Shown one piece after another: positions 19,313 to 27,698 of a stretch of 64,000 bases of DNA. This stretch comes from a virus. Location: IMG/VR virus record IMGVR_UViG_3300041955_000531. One strand, given 5' to 3'. The notes beneath the pieces are model-generated. The model did not search any database. It saw nothing but the letters and a program-made list of their open reading frames with translations, and was not told the origin of the DNA. Within the stretch, counting starts at the first letter, position 1; each line of letters begins with the position of its first letter. A program made the position numbers and the translations under genes.

Positions 19313-19419
19313 GGTGTCTCCCGGGGAGGGATTCGAACCCTCCCCTTCGGTATTCAGGACCGACGTGCTCCGTCGACGGCCTACTATTTTATCGAACTCC
19401 AATACACCACCCAAGAGAC
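19313..19419 (-). tRNA. atypical tRNA-like RNA (Gln-like body, anticodon loop CCTGAAT, 35-nt D-loop)
   Basis: acceptor GTCTCTTGGG/CCCGGGAGAC; D-stem GTGT/GCAC; anticodon stem TCGGT/ACCGA; T-arm GAGGG-TTCGAAT-CCCTC. Confidence 0.65.
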
Positions 19420-19459
19420 GAGATGTTAGGGCAAGGTGAGAGGATCAAAAGCGGTCCAA

Positions 19460-19470
19460 TGATTAGTATT
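19460..19470 (-). promoter_or_regulatory. putative phage promoter motif AATACTAATCA
   Basis: variant of the recurrent motif, ~40 nt upstream of the tRNA-like element. Confidence 0.5.
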
Positions 19471-19568
19471 GTCACCACTAAATCGGGCGCCGACGCTTAA
19501 TGGGCAATCGGACTTCATATTAGATATGGACAGTGCAGTGTCCAGTCTCACCTACTGCTGCCCTAATG

Positions 19569-20360
19569 TTATTCAACCTGTGGGACGGCGTCGCTCACAG
19601 CAACAACGTGAGACTTCTCGCCTTCAATATACTCCACAGGCTTTTGTAACTTGTCTTGGACAGCTTCCCAGACCATCTGGAAGACCTGTCCCGGAGTCTG
19701 TTCGGGATAGACAGTGATCACGATCGTGCGATCCTGACCTACTAGTCTTTCCAGATACTCCTGCTGGATTCGAATCTGGTCTTGGGTGTGAGCCCAGGCC
19801 TTTCCAGCTTGTTTGTTGTTGTCGCCGCGCCGTTGACGCGCGCGGTCGAGAAAAGCATCCACATCTGATGCTACGAACAGCACGGTGATGTCTGGCAGTG
19901 GTCCGTAGAACTCCTGGAAAGCATCCAGTATAACACCTGGCGTCTTCTTTATGGGTGCGTAGGCCCACTCGGAGTCGGAGTAACGGTCGGACAATACCAC
20001 CAAGCCTTTTTCAAGGGCCGGCTCAACCACCTTTGCCACATGCTGAATGTGATCGGCGAGGAAGAGACAGTCAGCCACTCCACGGGCCATGTTGTGTGTC
20101 GTGACCGTGTGGAACAAGATTTGGCGTATCGCAGAGCCCAAGTCAGTTGGGTCGACTGGGCTGCCAGGTTCCTTTGTAACCACAACCCCATAACCTTCCT
20201 CCCTCATGCGGGCAGCAAGCATCTCCAACTGCGTGGACTTACCCGTTCCATCTACTCCCTCGAAGGTTATGAGACGTCCCTTCCGTACTGGCTTATGAAG
20301 CTCTGGGTAAAGAGGATCTCCAAAAATCCGCTTATAGTTTTCTTTCGTCTCTTCCGACAT
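19569..20360 (-). CDS. tmk: thymidylate kinase with cassette-derived replacement N-terminus
   Basis: ITFEGVDGTGKST P-loop; TKEPG; LFLAD; SDRY. Confidence 0.93.
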   Translation of the reverse strand: MSEETKENYKRIFGDPLYPELHKPVRKGRLITFEGVDGTGKSTQLEMLAARMREEGYGVVVTKEPGSPVDPTDLGSAIRQILFHTVTTHNMARGVADCLFLADHIQHVAKVVEPALEKGLVVLSDRYSDSEWAYAPIKKTPGVILDAFQEFYGPLPDITVLFVASDVDAFLDRARQRRGDNNKQAGKAWAHTQDQIRIQQEYLERLVGQDRTIVITVYPEQTPGQVFQMVWEAVQDKLQKPVEYIEGEKSHVVAVSDAVPQVE

Positions 20361-20880
20361 TTATGCTCCTCATCCATTCTGCCACTTTCATTACTTCTTC
20401 AGGGGTGGCATCGTTCTTGATTACATTAGCCCGCTGGCTAATAACTTGAATATTTCCTGGGACATAACCCTTATTAGGAACAATCCTATCAAGAGTTGGA
20501 CTCGACGCAATAGAACCTGGCTTCCCAACCCCTTTCTTCAATACTATTCCAAGAATAGGACAGACCAAAGGTATTTTGGGGACGTCGGCGGGCTTAATAG
20601 AAAAAGGTAAGTGCTTCTTTATTGCCCTCTTCCTCGCCCCATTCCATAAAGCATACTCTGGGGTGTTGAAAAGACCATGCTTCAAACCACTATGCCCTTT
20701 CTTATAACACCCGCAACTTTTGCTTCTTCCGTTCTCAAGGTTGGAACCAATAACGTTTACTACCTTGCCACATTTACATTCACATTGCCAACGAGTAGCA
20801 CCCCATCTGGCGTTCTCAACCTGCTTGATAACCTTGAGCCAAGTGAATGTCTTTCCAACAAGATCCAGTATCTTTCCCAT
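20332..20880 (-). CDS. HNH-type homing endonuclease
   Basis: DLVGKTF..WQCECKCG..SKSCGC N-terminal module; CPILG..SPTLDRIVPNKGYVPGNIQVISQRANVIK. Confidence 0.85.
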   Translation of the reverse strand: MGKILDLVGKTFTWLKVIKQVENARWGATRWQCECKCGKVVNVIGSNLENGRSKSCGCYKKGHSGLKHGLFNTPEYALWNGARKRAIKKHLPFSIKPADVPKIPLVCPILGIVLKKGVGKPGSIASSPTLDRIVPNKGYVPGNIQVISQRANVIKNDATPEEVMKVAEWMRSINVGRDERKL

Positions 20881-20918
20881 ACTTCACCTCAGTTGAGTAG
20901 ATTTACAAGCCTACTCTT

Positions 20919-20930
20919 CTGGTTAGTATA
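20919..20930 (-). promoter_or_regulatory. putative phage promoter motif TATACTAACCAG
   Basis: lies at the edge of the HNH cassette; its TAA also terminates the orphan tmk fragment. Confidence 0.6.
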
Positions 20931-20970
20931 GTAAATCAACGCCTTCGAACGTGATGAAATGTCCTTTCAT
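20923..20970 (-). pseudogene. tmk: orphaned original 5' end of tmk (MKGHFITFEGVD-LLY*)
   Basis: AGGAG SD, then ATG AAA GGA CAT TTC ATC ACG TTC GAA GGC GTT GAT TTA CTA TAC TAA. Confidence 0.8.
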
Positions 20971-21009
20971 TCTAATCTCCTGACATGTTGTATGTAAATC
21001 AGTTTACCC

Positions 21010-21486
21010 TTACCGCCCTGTCGAGCCAAAGCCTTGTGCACCCCGAGAACTCTCACCCAAAGTGGTAGCTTCTTGAACAGTGCCGGGAAACACCGGAACC
21101 AATACCAGTTGAGCAATCTTGTCTCCATGGTTGTAAATGACCGTGGGATCCGAGACCGAGTAGTTTGGCCCAAGGCAACCTCCTGAGCCATGATACTCTA
21201 CCGGCTCGTTCGAGTTGTACAACAGGACAGTGATTTCACCCCGGTAACCACTGTCAACCACGCCTCCGAAGACATCGATGCCAGCCTTCCCTTGTGAGCT
21301 ACGAGCTTTAATGATTGCGCCCCAGCCTTCCGGAAACTCGCAAGCAATGCCTGTCTTGACCGCAACAGTTTGACCGGGCTGTACAGCCACCGTCTCGATG
21401 GCGAAAAGATCAAACCCGAGATCCCCAGGATGCGCTCTCTGGGGCAGCTTCGCGTCCGCCTGTAGTTTCTTGACATACAGTTCCAT
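21010..21486 (-). CDS. dut: trimeric dUTPase with insertion between motifs III and IV
   Basis: GFDL; ARSS; GVVDSGYRGEI; DKIAQL; RGAQGFGSTG. Confidence 0.95.
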   Translation of the reverse strand: MELYVKKLQADAKLPQRAHPGDLGFDLFAIETVAVQPGQTVAVKTGIACEFPEGWGAIIKARSSQGKAGIDVFGGVVDSGYRGEITVLLYNSNEPVEYHGSGGCLGPNYSVSDPTVIYNHGDKIAQLVLVPVFPGTVQEATTLGESSRGAQGFGSTGR

Positions 21487-21496
21487 GATTCTCTCC

Positions 21497-21670
21497 TTAT
21501 AGAGGATAGCTAGAGTGAGTCTTCACAGGCTTCTTCGTGGTGAAACCGCGAGAGGCCTTGCTAGTAGTCACTTGCTTGGCTCGAATGAGTTCCTTTCCAG
21601 GGCTCTTTGAGCTGCCGGCGATGTTGAACTTCTTCTTCTTCGCCTTCTTCTTATCTTCTGCTTCCATCAT
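21497..21670 (-). CDS. small Lys-rich hypothetical protein
   Basis: AAGGAG SD before MMEAEDKKK. Confidence 0.5.
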   Translation of the reverse strand: MMEAEDKKKAKKKKFNIAGSSKSPGKELIRAKQVTTSKASRGFTTKKPVKTHSSYPL

Positions 21671-21671
21671 A

Positions 21672-22769
21672 TTACTCCTTAGGTGGGCTCGCGAACACTT
21701 TCTCGCGCGCGAACTCATAGTTCTTTTGAACACGTTCCTTCTCAGAGTCAGGAAGGTGTTGACCTTCCTTCACTCCCATTAATAGAGACGCCCACGTATT
21801 GGCTGCCTCATGAAATCGTCCAGTGAAGAAAGCAGCCAAGGCATATTCATCCCTGTTCCGCCACTCATAGTAACTTCGATCTACGAAGAGCTTGTCATCA
21901 GGGAGAGGAATCTGGCATGCCTTCTCAGCCGCCATGTATGCCAGGTGATACATCTTCCTCTCCCGACAGTATCGTGCGAGAGCACCCAAGGACTCAGACC
22001 TATTTGGATTGTTATCATAAGCATGCAGGAAATCTGCAATGATTATGTTCCAAGTGTCCCCTCTCTTCATCTCCAGAACCGCGACCTGAAACAAAGAATA
22101 CCATACTTCTTCGTACCAACCACCCATAGCAGCTCTCTTCAAATAGAGCTCTATAGCTTTGCTATAGGAACCCGCGTCCCTATAGCTCTGAGCTAAGTAG
22201 AATATATTGCGGGCATTATCCGGATCTTTCTTCAGCTCCGCCTCGAGAATCTCGGCGTCCTTAAGAAAATACTCCGTCGTTTTTACCCGCCCAGACTCCT
22301 GGACAACAACAGGCAACGTCTCCATCTTAGGCTTATCAGGCTCAGGCGTAAGATACTCATGCGTGGCTCCCACATGATGCCAGTTGTACTTGGGTGGCAG
22401 AAGGAAAGGCTTCTTAAACTCTGTGGATCCCTGCTTATGAATAGCCCAATAGGCTACATCAGGATCGAGCTTCAAGGCGAGCTTGCTCTGTGGAACGATA
22501 ACCTGATCACCGTCCAAAAGCAACAGGAAGTCTGGCTTGCTCACTCGACCGAGTTCAATAAGCTCATTCCGATTCGCTGTCCAGCCGACCCACGGTCGAT
22601 CAATAAGATTACCAGGGATATCAGCCATCTCTTCTAGGACGATGTCCTTGGTGTTGTCTGTAGACCCAGTGTCTATGACTAACCAGCGTTGTATGAAGGG
22701 CTTAGCTGACTTCAAAGCCTCACGGATCCTCTCGGATTCGTTCTTGACCATCATACACAGACAGATCAT
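21672..22769 (-). CDS. family-2 glycosyltransferase with TPR-like C-terminus
   Basis: ICLCMMVKNE; DTGSTD; LLDGD; THEY; RNIFYLAQSYRD TPR region. Confidence 0.85.
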   Translation of the reverse strand: MICLCMMVKNESERIREALKSAKPFIQRWLVIDTGSTDNTKDIVLEEMADIPGNLIDRPWVGWTANRNELIELGRVSKPDFLLLLDGDQVIVPQSKLALKLDPDVAYWAIHKQGSTEFKKPFLLPPKYNWHHVGATHEYLTPEPDKPKMETLPVVVQESGRVKTTEYFLKDAEILEAELKKDPDNARNIFYLAQSYRDAGSYSKAIELYLKRAAMGGWYEEVWYSLFQVAVLEMKRGDTWNIIIADFLHAYDNNPNRSESLGALARYCRERKMYHLAYMAAEKACQIPLPDDKLFVDRSYYEWRNRDEYALAAFFTGRFHEAANTWASLLMGVKEGQHLPDSEKERVQKNYEFAREKVFASPPKE

Positions 22770-23221
22770 TCTGACCCCTTGGTACCATACTCATCCAACC
22801 ACTTCTTCCAACACTCCGGCCGATGGAAGTAATCGTAGACGTTATAGATATTCCACAAAGGGTTCCAGGTAATGTTCTGCCACGGCCATACAATCTTGTG
22901 GCAGTAATGACAGATGTGAGGAGGTTCCACTTTCTTAGCCCGCGGCTTCCTCTTCTTCTTTGGCTTAGGCGCCGGCTTAGGCTTGGGCTTAGGCATAGGC
23001 AGATACGGAACCTTCTTCTTTGCCTCTTTCTCTTCCATCTCATCGAGGAACTTCTTATACTGATCCACCAAGTCTTTGTCAGGCTTGTATGGAATGGTAG
23101 GAGGAATGGCCGGGAACTTAGGGGACTTAGGACTGGGAGCTGGAGTAAAGGGTACGTCATCATAAGTCTCCCAATACTTCTGCTGCCAGGTCTTCCCTTC
23201 ATAATGTTGCCAGTCAGTCAT
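22766..23221 (-). CDS. hypothetical Lys/Pro-rich protein with C-terminal Zn motif
   Basis: CHYC ... HRPEC. Confidence 0.6.
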   Translation of the reverse strand: MTDWQHYEGKTWQQKYWETYDDVPFTPAPSPKSPKFPAIPPTIPYKPDKDLVDQYKKFLDEMEEKEAKKKVPYLPMPKPKPKPAPKPKKKRKPRAKKVEPPHICHYCHKIVWPWQNITWNPLWNIYNVYDYFHRPECWKKWLDEYGTKGSE

Positions 23222-23871
23222 CAGACATCTCTCTCGACGTCGAGTACGTGTCCTTGATCTCCAACCTCGGCGATCTTTGTCGTGGCTTGGTCCAACAGAG
23301 TTGGATCCATCGGTATCTCTTCCATTCCAGGAATGCCAGGCTTGTCAGGCATAATATTCAGGTCACTGTCTTCCTTGACTTGCGTCACGCCGTCAGACAA
23401 GACCTTCGTCACTTCCGTGACTGTCCACTCGACTCCGTCGACCAGGACCACATCACCAACGATATACTCTTTGTTGGATGTGATGGTCGACTTCATGCCG
23501 TTCTCTTCGTTCTCGAGCACATAAGCTGGGACGCCAGAGACCCCAGCAGGAGCCTTCTGAACGTTCTGCATACCGATACCACCCAAGCCTTGATGCCAGG
23601 GCTTAAGAGCGGCAGCAGCTTTCACCAGCGTAATACCATCCACCGCGGCGCCCAAATGCTGTTGGGAGCAGGCCGCCAGGAGCTTGCATGCGTGCATTGG
23701 ATACATGACACAGACACTAGTCGCATTCGGCTCGTAATCTATGTCATCAGGATCCGGACCAGGCTTGGTAAAACTAATCATCACTGGAAACTGCCCAGGC
23801 AGCGAAGTGACAATCTTATACTTCTTGCACGCAGCATTCCAAGCAGCAATGTTTGAAATGAGCAATACCAT
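23221..23871 (-). CDS. hypothetical protein
   Basis: ORF track. Confidence 0.65.
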   Translation of the reverse strand: MVLLISNIAAWNAACKKYKIVTSLPGQFPVMISFTKPGPDPDDIDYEPNATSVCVMYPMHACKLLAACSQQHLGAAVDGITLVKAAAALKPWHQGLGGIGMQNVQKAPAGVSGVPAYVLENEENGMKSTITSNKEYIVGDVVLVDGVEWTVTEVTKVLSDGVTQVKEDSDLNIMPDKPGIPGMEEIPMDPTLLDQATTKIAEVGDQGHVLDVERDV

Positions 23872-24186
23872 TTAGACCTCTCTCGATTCTACTATATCAG
23901 GCACAGGTTCCGAAATCATCTCGAGCTTCACTTCCACTTCCTGAGTGCTCAGGCCTAAGGCCGTGAGCAAAGCATCCTTGGATACAAACGTATGATTGAC
24001 AAGCCACTCTCTTTCATGATAGCAAGTGACATTGTCAATCAAAGTAATAGCCAAGCCAGGAAATGTAGGTTGATCAGGGTGGGTACGTTGATTGATCTTC
24101 CAGCCCTCAGGGACTGCATCAACGATCCACTTCTTGTACCTCTCGAAGCTCTCTTTACTGCTACATCCGCCATGTACGAAGATCAT
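23872..24186 (-). CDS. hypothetical protein
   Basis: ORF track. Confidence 0.6.
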   Translation of the reverse strand: MIFVHGGCSSKESFERYKKWIVDAVPEGWKINQRTHPDQPTFPGLAITLIDNVTCYHEREWLVNHTFVSKDALLTALGLSTQEVEVKLEMISEPVPDIVESREV

Positions 24187-24197
24187 AAATAGTAGGA

Positions 24198-24221
24198 GCC
24201 CAGGCTCGATTCTTCCTGGGC
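24198..24221 (-). terminator. hairpin after AAA ATPase gene
   Basis: GCCCAGG/CCTGGGC inverted repeat. Confidence 0.4.
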
Positions 24222-24231
24222 CCCTTTCCTA

Positions 24232-26211
24232 TTAGACGTCTCTATCCGAGATCGTCCCGTCTTCGTAGCCCGACTTGATCGAGCTCATGATCTCACCCTT
24301 CTTCTGCGCACGTTCACGCCAATCTTCTGGACAGTAGCCCAGATGGTTCACGAACAGAAGCGACAGGTCGATCATCTTTTCCACTTCACGTGTAGATGGC
24401 AGCACATCATGGAAGGCCTGATTCCAATCGGCGAGGCCGACGGCCCCACGATTGTCGAAGCATGCGTTGTCGATGGCCTCTTTCAGGACCACCTCCATCT
24501 CAGCTCCAGTCCATATCCGTTGATCATGCAGCATCTTTCCAATACCATCCTCATGAGACTCCAGAGTCTTCTGAAGCTCGGGGGCAAACTTGAATCCTTG
24601 TTTCTTCGTCAAGGCTTTTAAGATCTCCAGCCGCCCTTTGGCATCGCCAGCTGCAGGTGGCAGCGCGGGCAGAATGGCATCGAAACGACCAGAACGAATC
24701 AAGGCGGAGTCCAATAGATCCGGACGGTTCGTGGCGCCAACAACGACGATACGCCCCGAGCGGGATTCATCAGACAACCAAGTCATAATGCTATTAAATA
24801 CGCGCGATGACGTCCCAGAATCTCCCACGCTCGTTCGTCCAGCGGAGAGAACCGATTCCAGTTCATCAATAAATACGATGACAGGAGCCGCACTGTCAGC
24901 GGCTTCGATGAACTTCTGAGTATTACTTTCCGTCTCGCCAACGAGACCTCCGAACAATCGCGCGAGGTGCGCGATCATGAAGTTTACACCAGCTTCCTTC
25001 GCCATAGCCAGAGTGATGGCTGTCTTTCCAGTGCCCGGAGGCCCGGTAAGCAGTACCCCTCGACTACATATTCGTTTGTCACCCTTCTTAAGCGGAGCGA
25101 TAATCTTCCGCTGAAAGTAGCGCTTGAGATGTTCGTGTCCGCCAACCTTATCAAACCCGTGTTCGGGTTCGCGGAAGTCCACCAGACCACCATACTCTTC
25201 CTCCAATGCCTTGGTCTTCAAAGCCCTGACCAATGGGAAGTCAATGGGTTCATGATCCAACTGGGCACGCATGAAGATGTTTTCCATCTGCTTGCGCGAA
25301 AGCCCTGCCGATTGAATAGCAAACGTATGGGCATCAAACCCAGGTGCGTATTCAATACAGGTCACTTCCTTGCCGCCTAGCTTCTGAGGAGATCCCTTCT
25401 GAGCACGCTCTTTCAGGCTAGCATCAAAGTTCGTCAGCCACTCTTCACGGTCTTTCAAGATGGGCTTGGGAATCAGGATAGCCCTGACACCAGACTCTCC
25501 GCCGCGGATACTCTCATGGATATCAGAGAGGTGGCGGGTAACTATGATGACGCGATTCTTGTTGCCAAGCGCCTCATCTCGAGCCCAACTTCGAATGTTC
25601 ACGATAGCTCCGCGATCGCTTGCCAGTGTAGACATCTGACCAGACGGGAAGACGGCGTCGCCATCAAAGAACACGATCGTAAACAAGGGATCAGGGAGCT
25701 TGCTCCCCTTCTTGGTGGCATCAACCTTCTGATTGTGTTGATGCAATCTCTTGGAAGCAGTGAACCAGATGTTCAAGGTGTTCAAAGCCATGTCAAAGTT
25801 CGATGGCTTTTCCAGATCCTTGATCTGATCATCAAGGGCTGCATCGGCTGTGCCGGGCATCAGGTCCTTGATGTACTGCTTCATGACTTGGCGCCAGAGA
25901 TTGTTGCTCTCTGGGCTAGCAAACTCAAGGCCATTGGACATCGTATAATACGCCAGAATACGAGCCACCTTGTTCACTTCCTTCTTCTGCTCGTCGTCCT
26001 TACACTCCAGCATCATCGTGGGAGTGTCACAAGACAGAGCAAGGGCCCTGCGCAAATCACCGCGCCGCCCAGAGTTATTCGGGAAGTCATTCACGTTTCC
26101 ATGGAAAATGAAGACGTGAGATTCCTTCGCGCGATAGCTATCGAAGAAGGTCTGAATAAATGCAGGATGTTCAGACGCTCCGTTCGTCGGCTGCGTTGTT
26201 GCTTCCGCCAT
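24232..26211 (-). CDS. AAA+ ATPase (Ycf46/CDC48-like, degenerate N-terminal AAA domain)
   Basis: VGGHEHLK; GPPGTGKT; VFIDELE; ATNRPDLLDSALIRSGRFD; TGAEME. Confidence 0.9.
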   Translation of the reverse strand: MAEATTQPTNGASEHPAFIQTFFDSYRAKESHVFIFHGNVNDFPNNSGRRGDLRRALALSCDTPTMMLECKDDEQKKEVNKVARILAYYTMSNGLEFASPESNNLWRQVMKQYIKDLMPGTADAALDDQIKDLEKPSNFDMALNTLNIWFTASKRLHQHNQKVDATKKGSKLPDPLFTIVFFDGDAVFPSGQMSTLASDRGAIVNIRSWARDEALGNKNRVIIVTRHLSDIHESIRGGESGVRAILIPKPILKDREEWLTNFDASLKERAQKGSPQKLGGKEVTCIEYAPGFDAHTFAIQSAGLSRKQMENIFMRAQLDHEPIDFPLVRALKTKALEEEYGGLVDFREPEHGFDKVGGHEHLKRYFQRKIIAPLKKGDKRICSRGVLLTGPPGTGKTAITLAMAKEAGVNFMIAHLARLFGGLVGETESNTQKFIEAADSAAPVIVFIDELESVLSAGRTSVGDSGTSSRVFNSIMTWLSDESRSGRIVVVGATNRPDLLDSALIRSGRFDAILPALPPAAGDAKGRLEILKALTKKQGFKFAPELQKTLESHEDGIGKMLHDQRIWTGAEMEVVLKEAIDNACFDNRGAVGLADWNQAFHDVLPSTREVEKMIDLSLLFVNHLGYCPEDWRERAQKKGEIMSSIKSGYEDGTISDRDV

Positions 26212-26458
26212 TATTCACCTCAACTGTCACAGAGTATATATCAGCAGGCCCACAGGACCACGGGACTTCGCTAAGCAAGTTCTCATGGCGCAGGTAGGCT
26301 GAAATGTAGTTCGAGATCGCCTGTTGGAACTGAATCTTATCAGTTAAGTCCAGACCTTTTACGGACTGGTCCCACCAGGGATCTTCCATTGCGCGGTCAG
26401 TGTCTAACTTGACACGACCGACGATCGTAAATGAAACATCTACGATTGGAACGTTCAT
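26171..26458 (-). CDS. hypothetical protein
   Basis: ORF track. Confidence 0.6.
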   Translation of the reverse strand: MNVPIVDVSFTIVGRVKLDTDRAMEDPWWDQSVKGLDLTDKIQFQQAISNYISAYLRHENLLSEVPWSCGPADIYSVTVEVNNGGSNNAADERSV

Positions 26459-26790
26459 GTTAGGTTCTTATTCAGCCACTCGACTTCTCGTCTGAGGGCT
26501 GCCTCCCTTAGGATCGTGGCGCCAGGCAGAATAGGACCACCTACAGGAGTAAGATTCACTCTCCATAGTACATCCCAGCTCCTGGTCCAGTCTGATACTC
26601 GCCCTTGATCCCCGAAAATCCATCTCAGTAGGTGGAAGCTCATACGATAACCTCTCGTATAAGGTTCCACATGGCTGGCTCTCCGAGTCTTTACAGATCC
26701 CATTTCCCTAAAGCATTTGCATTCAGGGTGATCCAAGCAGACCACCGTCCCGTCATCACGAATGACGACGCTAACTTCTTGGTTGGACAT
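26455..26790 (-). CDS. conserved hypothetical protein of DUF1257/DUF2997/AAA clusters
   Basis: RRASHVEP...W.VNLTPVGGP.L...REAALRREVEWL signature, recalled from such clusters. Confidence 0.7.
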   Translation of the reverse strand: MSNQEVSVVIRDDGTVVCLDHPECKCFREMGSVKTRRASHVEPYTRGYRMSFHLLRWIFGDQGRVSDWTRSWDVLWRVNLTPVGGPILPGATILREAALRREVEWLNKNLT

Positions 26791-26971
26791 GGCTTCGGAT
26801 CTTAGGAGCCCGAGATAGCAAAAGATTGCTCAGGTAATCGATCGCAATCTCGACTTCCTTCTCATCAAGCATATCAATCATGCGGTCCAGCTCTTCTTTG
26901 CCTGTGCCGCGGCGACTGAATACAGAAACGGTCTCCATAAATCCACGAGCTGGATCCACTACGCTATTCAT
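26771..26971 (-). CDS. hypothetical protein
   Basis: GAGGTGG SD. Confidence 0.55.
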   Translation of the reverse strand: MNSVVDPARGFMETVSVFSRRGTGKEELDRMIDMLDEKEVEIAIDYLSNLLLSRAPKIRSHVQPRS

Positions 26972-26992
26972 GTCCCACCTCTTTGACGGGAC

Positions 26993-27181
26993 TTATCGTC
27001 CCGTCTTAATGACGTTCTGATTCGGCTGCTTGTAATACTCGGGCTTCTTGACGTCCTTGGTCACCTTGCCGATCTTCTTGAAAGCATCAGCAACGTGTTT
27101 ACAGGTCCCATCAATAGCTCCGATGATGTCGACGGATACATTCCCATCTTCATCGATGTCGACGTTGATAGTCTTAGCCAC
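26993..27181 (-). CDS. DUF2997-family small protein
   Basis: IDEDGNVSVDIIG...C...KPEYY. Confidence 0.75.
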   Translation of the reverse strand: MAKTINVDIDEDGNVSVDIIGAIDGTCKHVADAFKKIGKVTKDVKKPEYYKQPNQNVIKTGR

Positions 27182-27698
27182 GGCGCTCCTCCAGTTGGGG
27201 ATTCAAAATGCGGTCCAATATCTCCACACTGTCATCCAGCGTGGGCACTCTCCAGCCAGCGATCTCTCGGATCATCGGATAGTCATGCAGGTTATCCTTC
27301 GGCTCCATAACAATGACGCAGGGCTTGCGATAAGCATCTGCCCAACCAACCTCAATACAGGTCCCGATCGATACTCTTTCGGCGCCTAGGAAGTTGAACA
27401 GGACAGCATCTGAAGTCATGACGTCAAAGCGATCGCGATGAGTAATCCCGCGGTCGGATGACAGACAAGACAACGGCTGATCTTTCGTCTGGTAAGACTG
27501 CTCGAGCTTACCATACTCCTTGAGGTAAGCTTTGGCTCTCAGTGGAGAGTAACCCAGGATACCTCGATTCATCAGCTCTCTGCTTATTCGAATCCTCCAG
27601 TCCTGGCCTTCATCATACGTCAAGCCAGAGATAGGTCCGGCTAAGTAGACCTTTGGAAGGCTCTTAGCAAACGGATAGGTAGTAGCTGGTAGACTCAT
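27174..27698 (-). CDS. nucleoside 2-deoxyribosyltransferase-like protein
   Basis: VYLAGPI; RDRFDV..SD; SIGTCIEVGWA. Confidence 0.85.
   Translation of the reverse strand: MSLPATTYPFAKSLPKVYLAGPISGLTYDEGQDWRIRISRELMNRGILGYSPLRAKAYLKEYGKLEQSYQTKDQPLSCLSSDRGITHRDRFDVMTSDAVLFNFLGAERVSIGTCIEVGWADAYRKPCVIVMEPKDNLHDYPMIREIAGWRVPTLDDSVEILDRILNPQLEERRG

Larger units (their letters stand above)
20250..20934 (-). mobile_element. intron-less HNH endonuclease cassette inserted at the tmk P-loop, carrying a recoded tmk 5' end
   Basis: bounded by two copies of KGxxITFEGVD (20935-20967 and 20250-20282; 25/33 nt identical, 6 of 8 differences synonymous). Confidence 0.75.

Noticed and set aside
19298-19414. 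N-terminal extension of ORF 19154..19414
   Set aside because: It overlaps the tRNA-like element; a better start with SD is at 19297.
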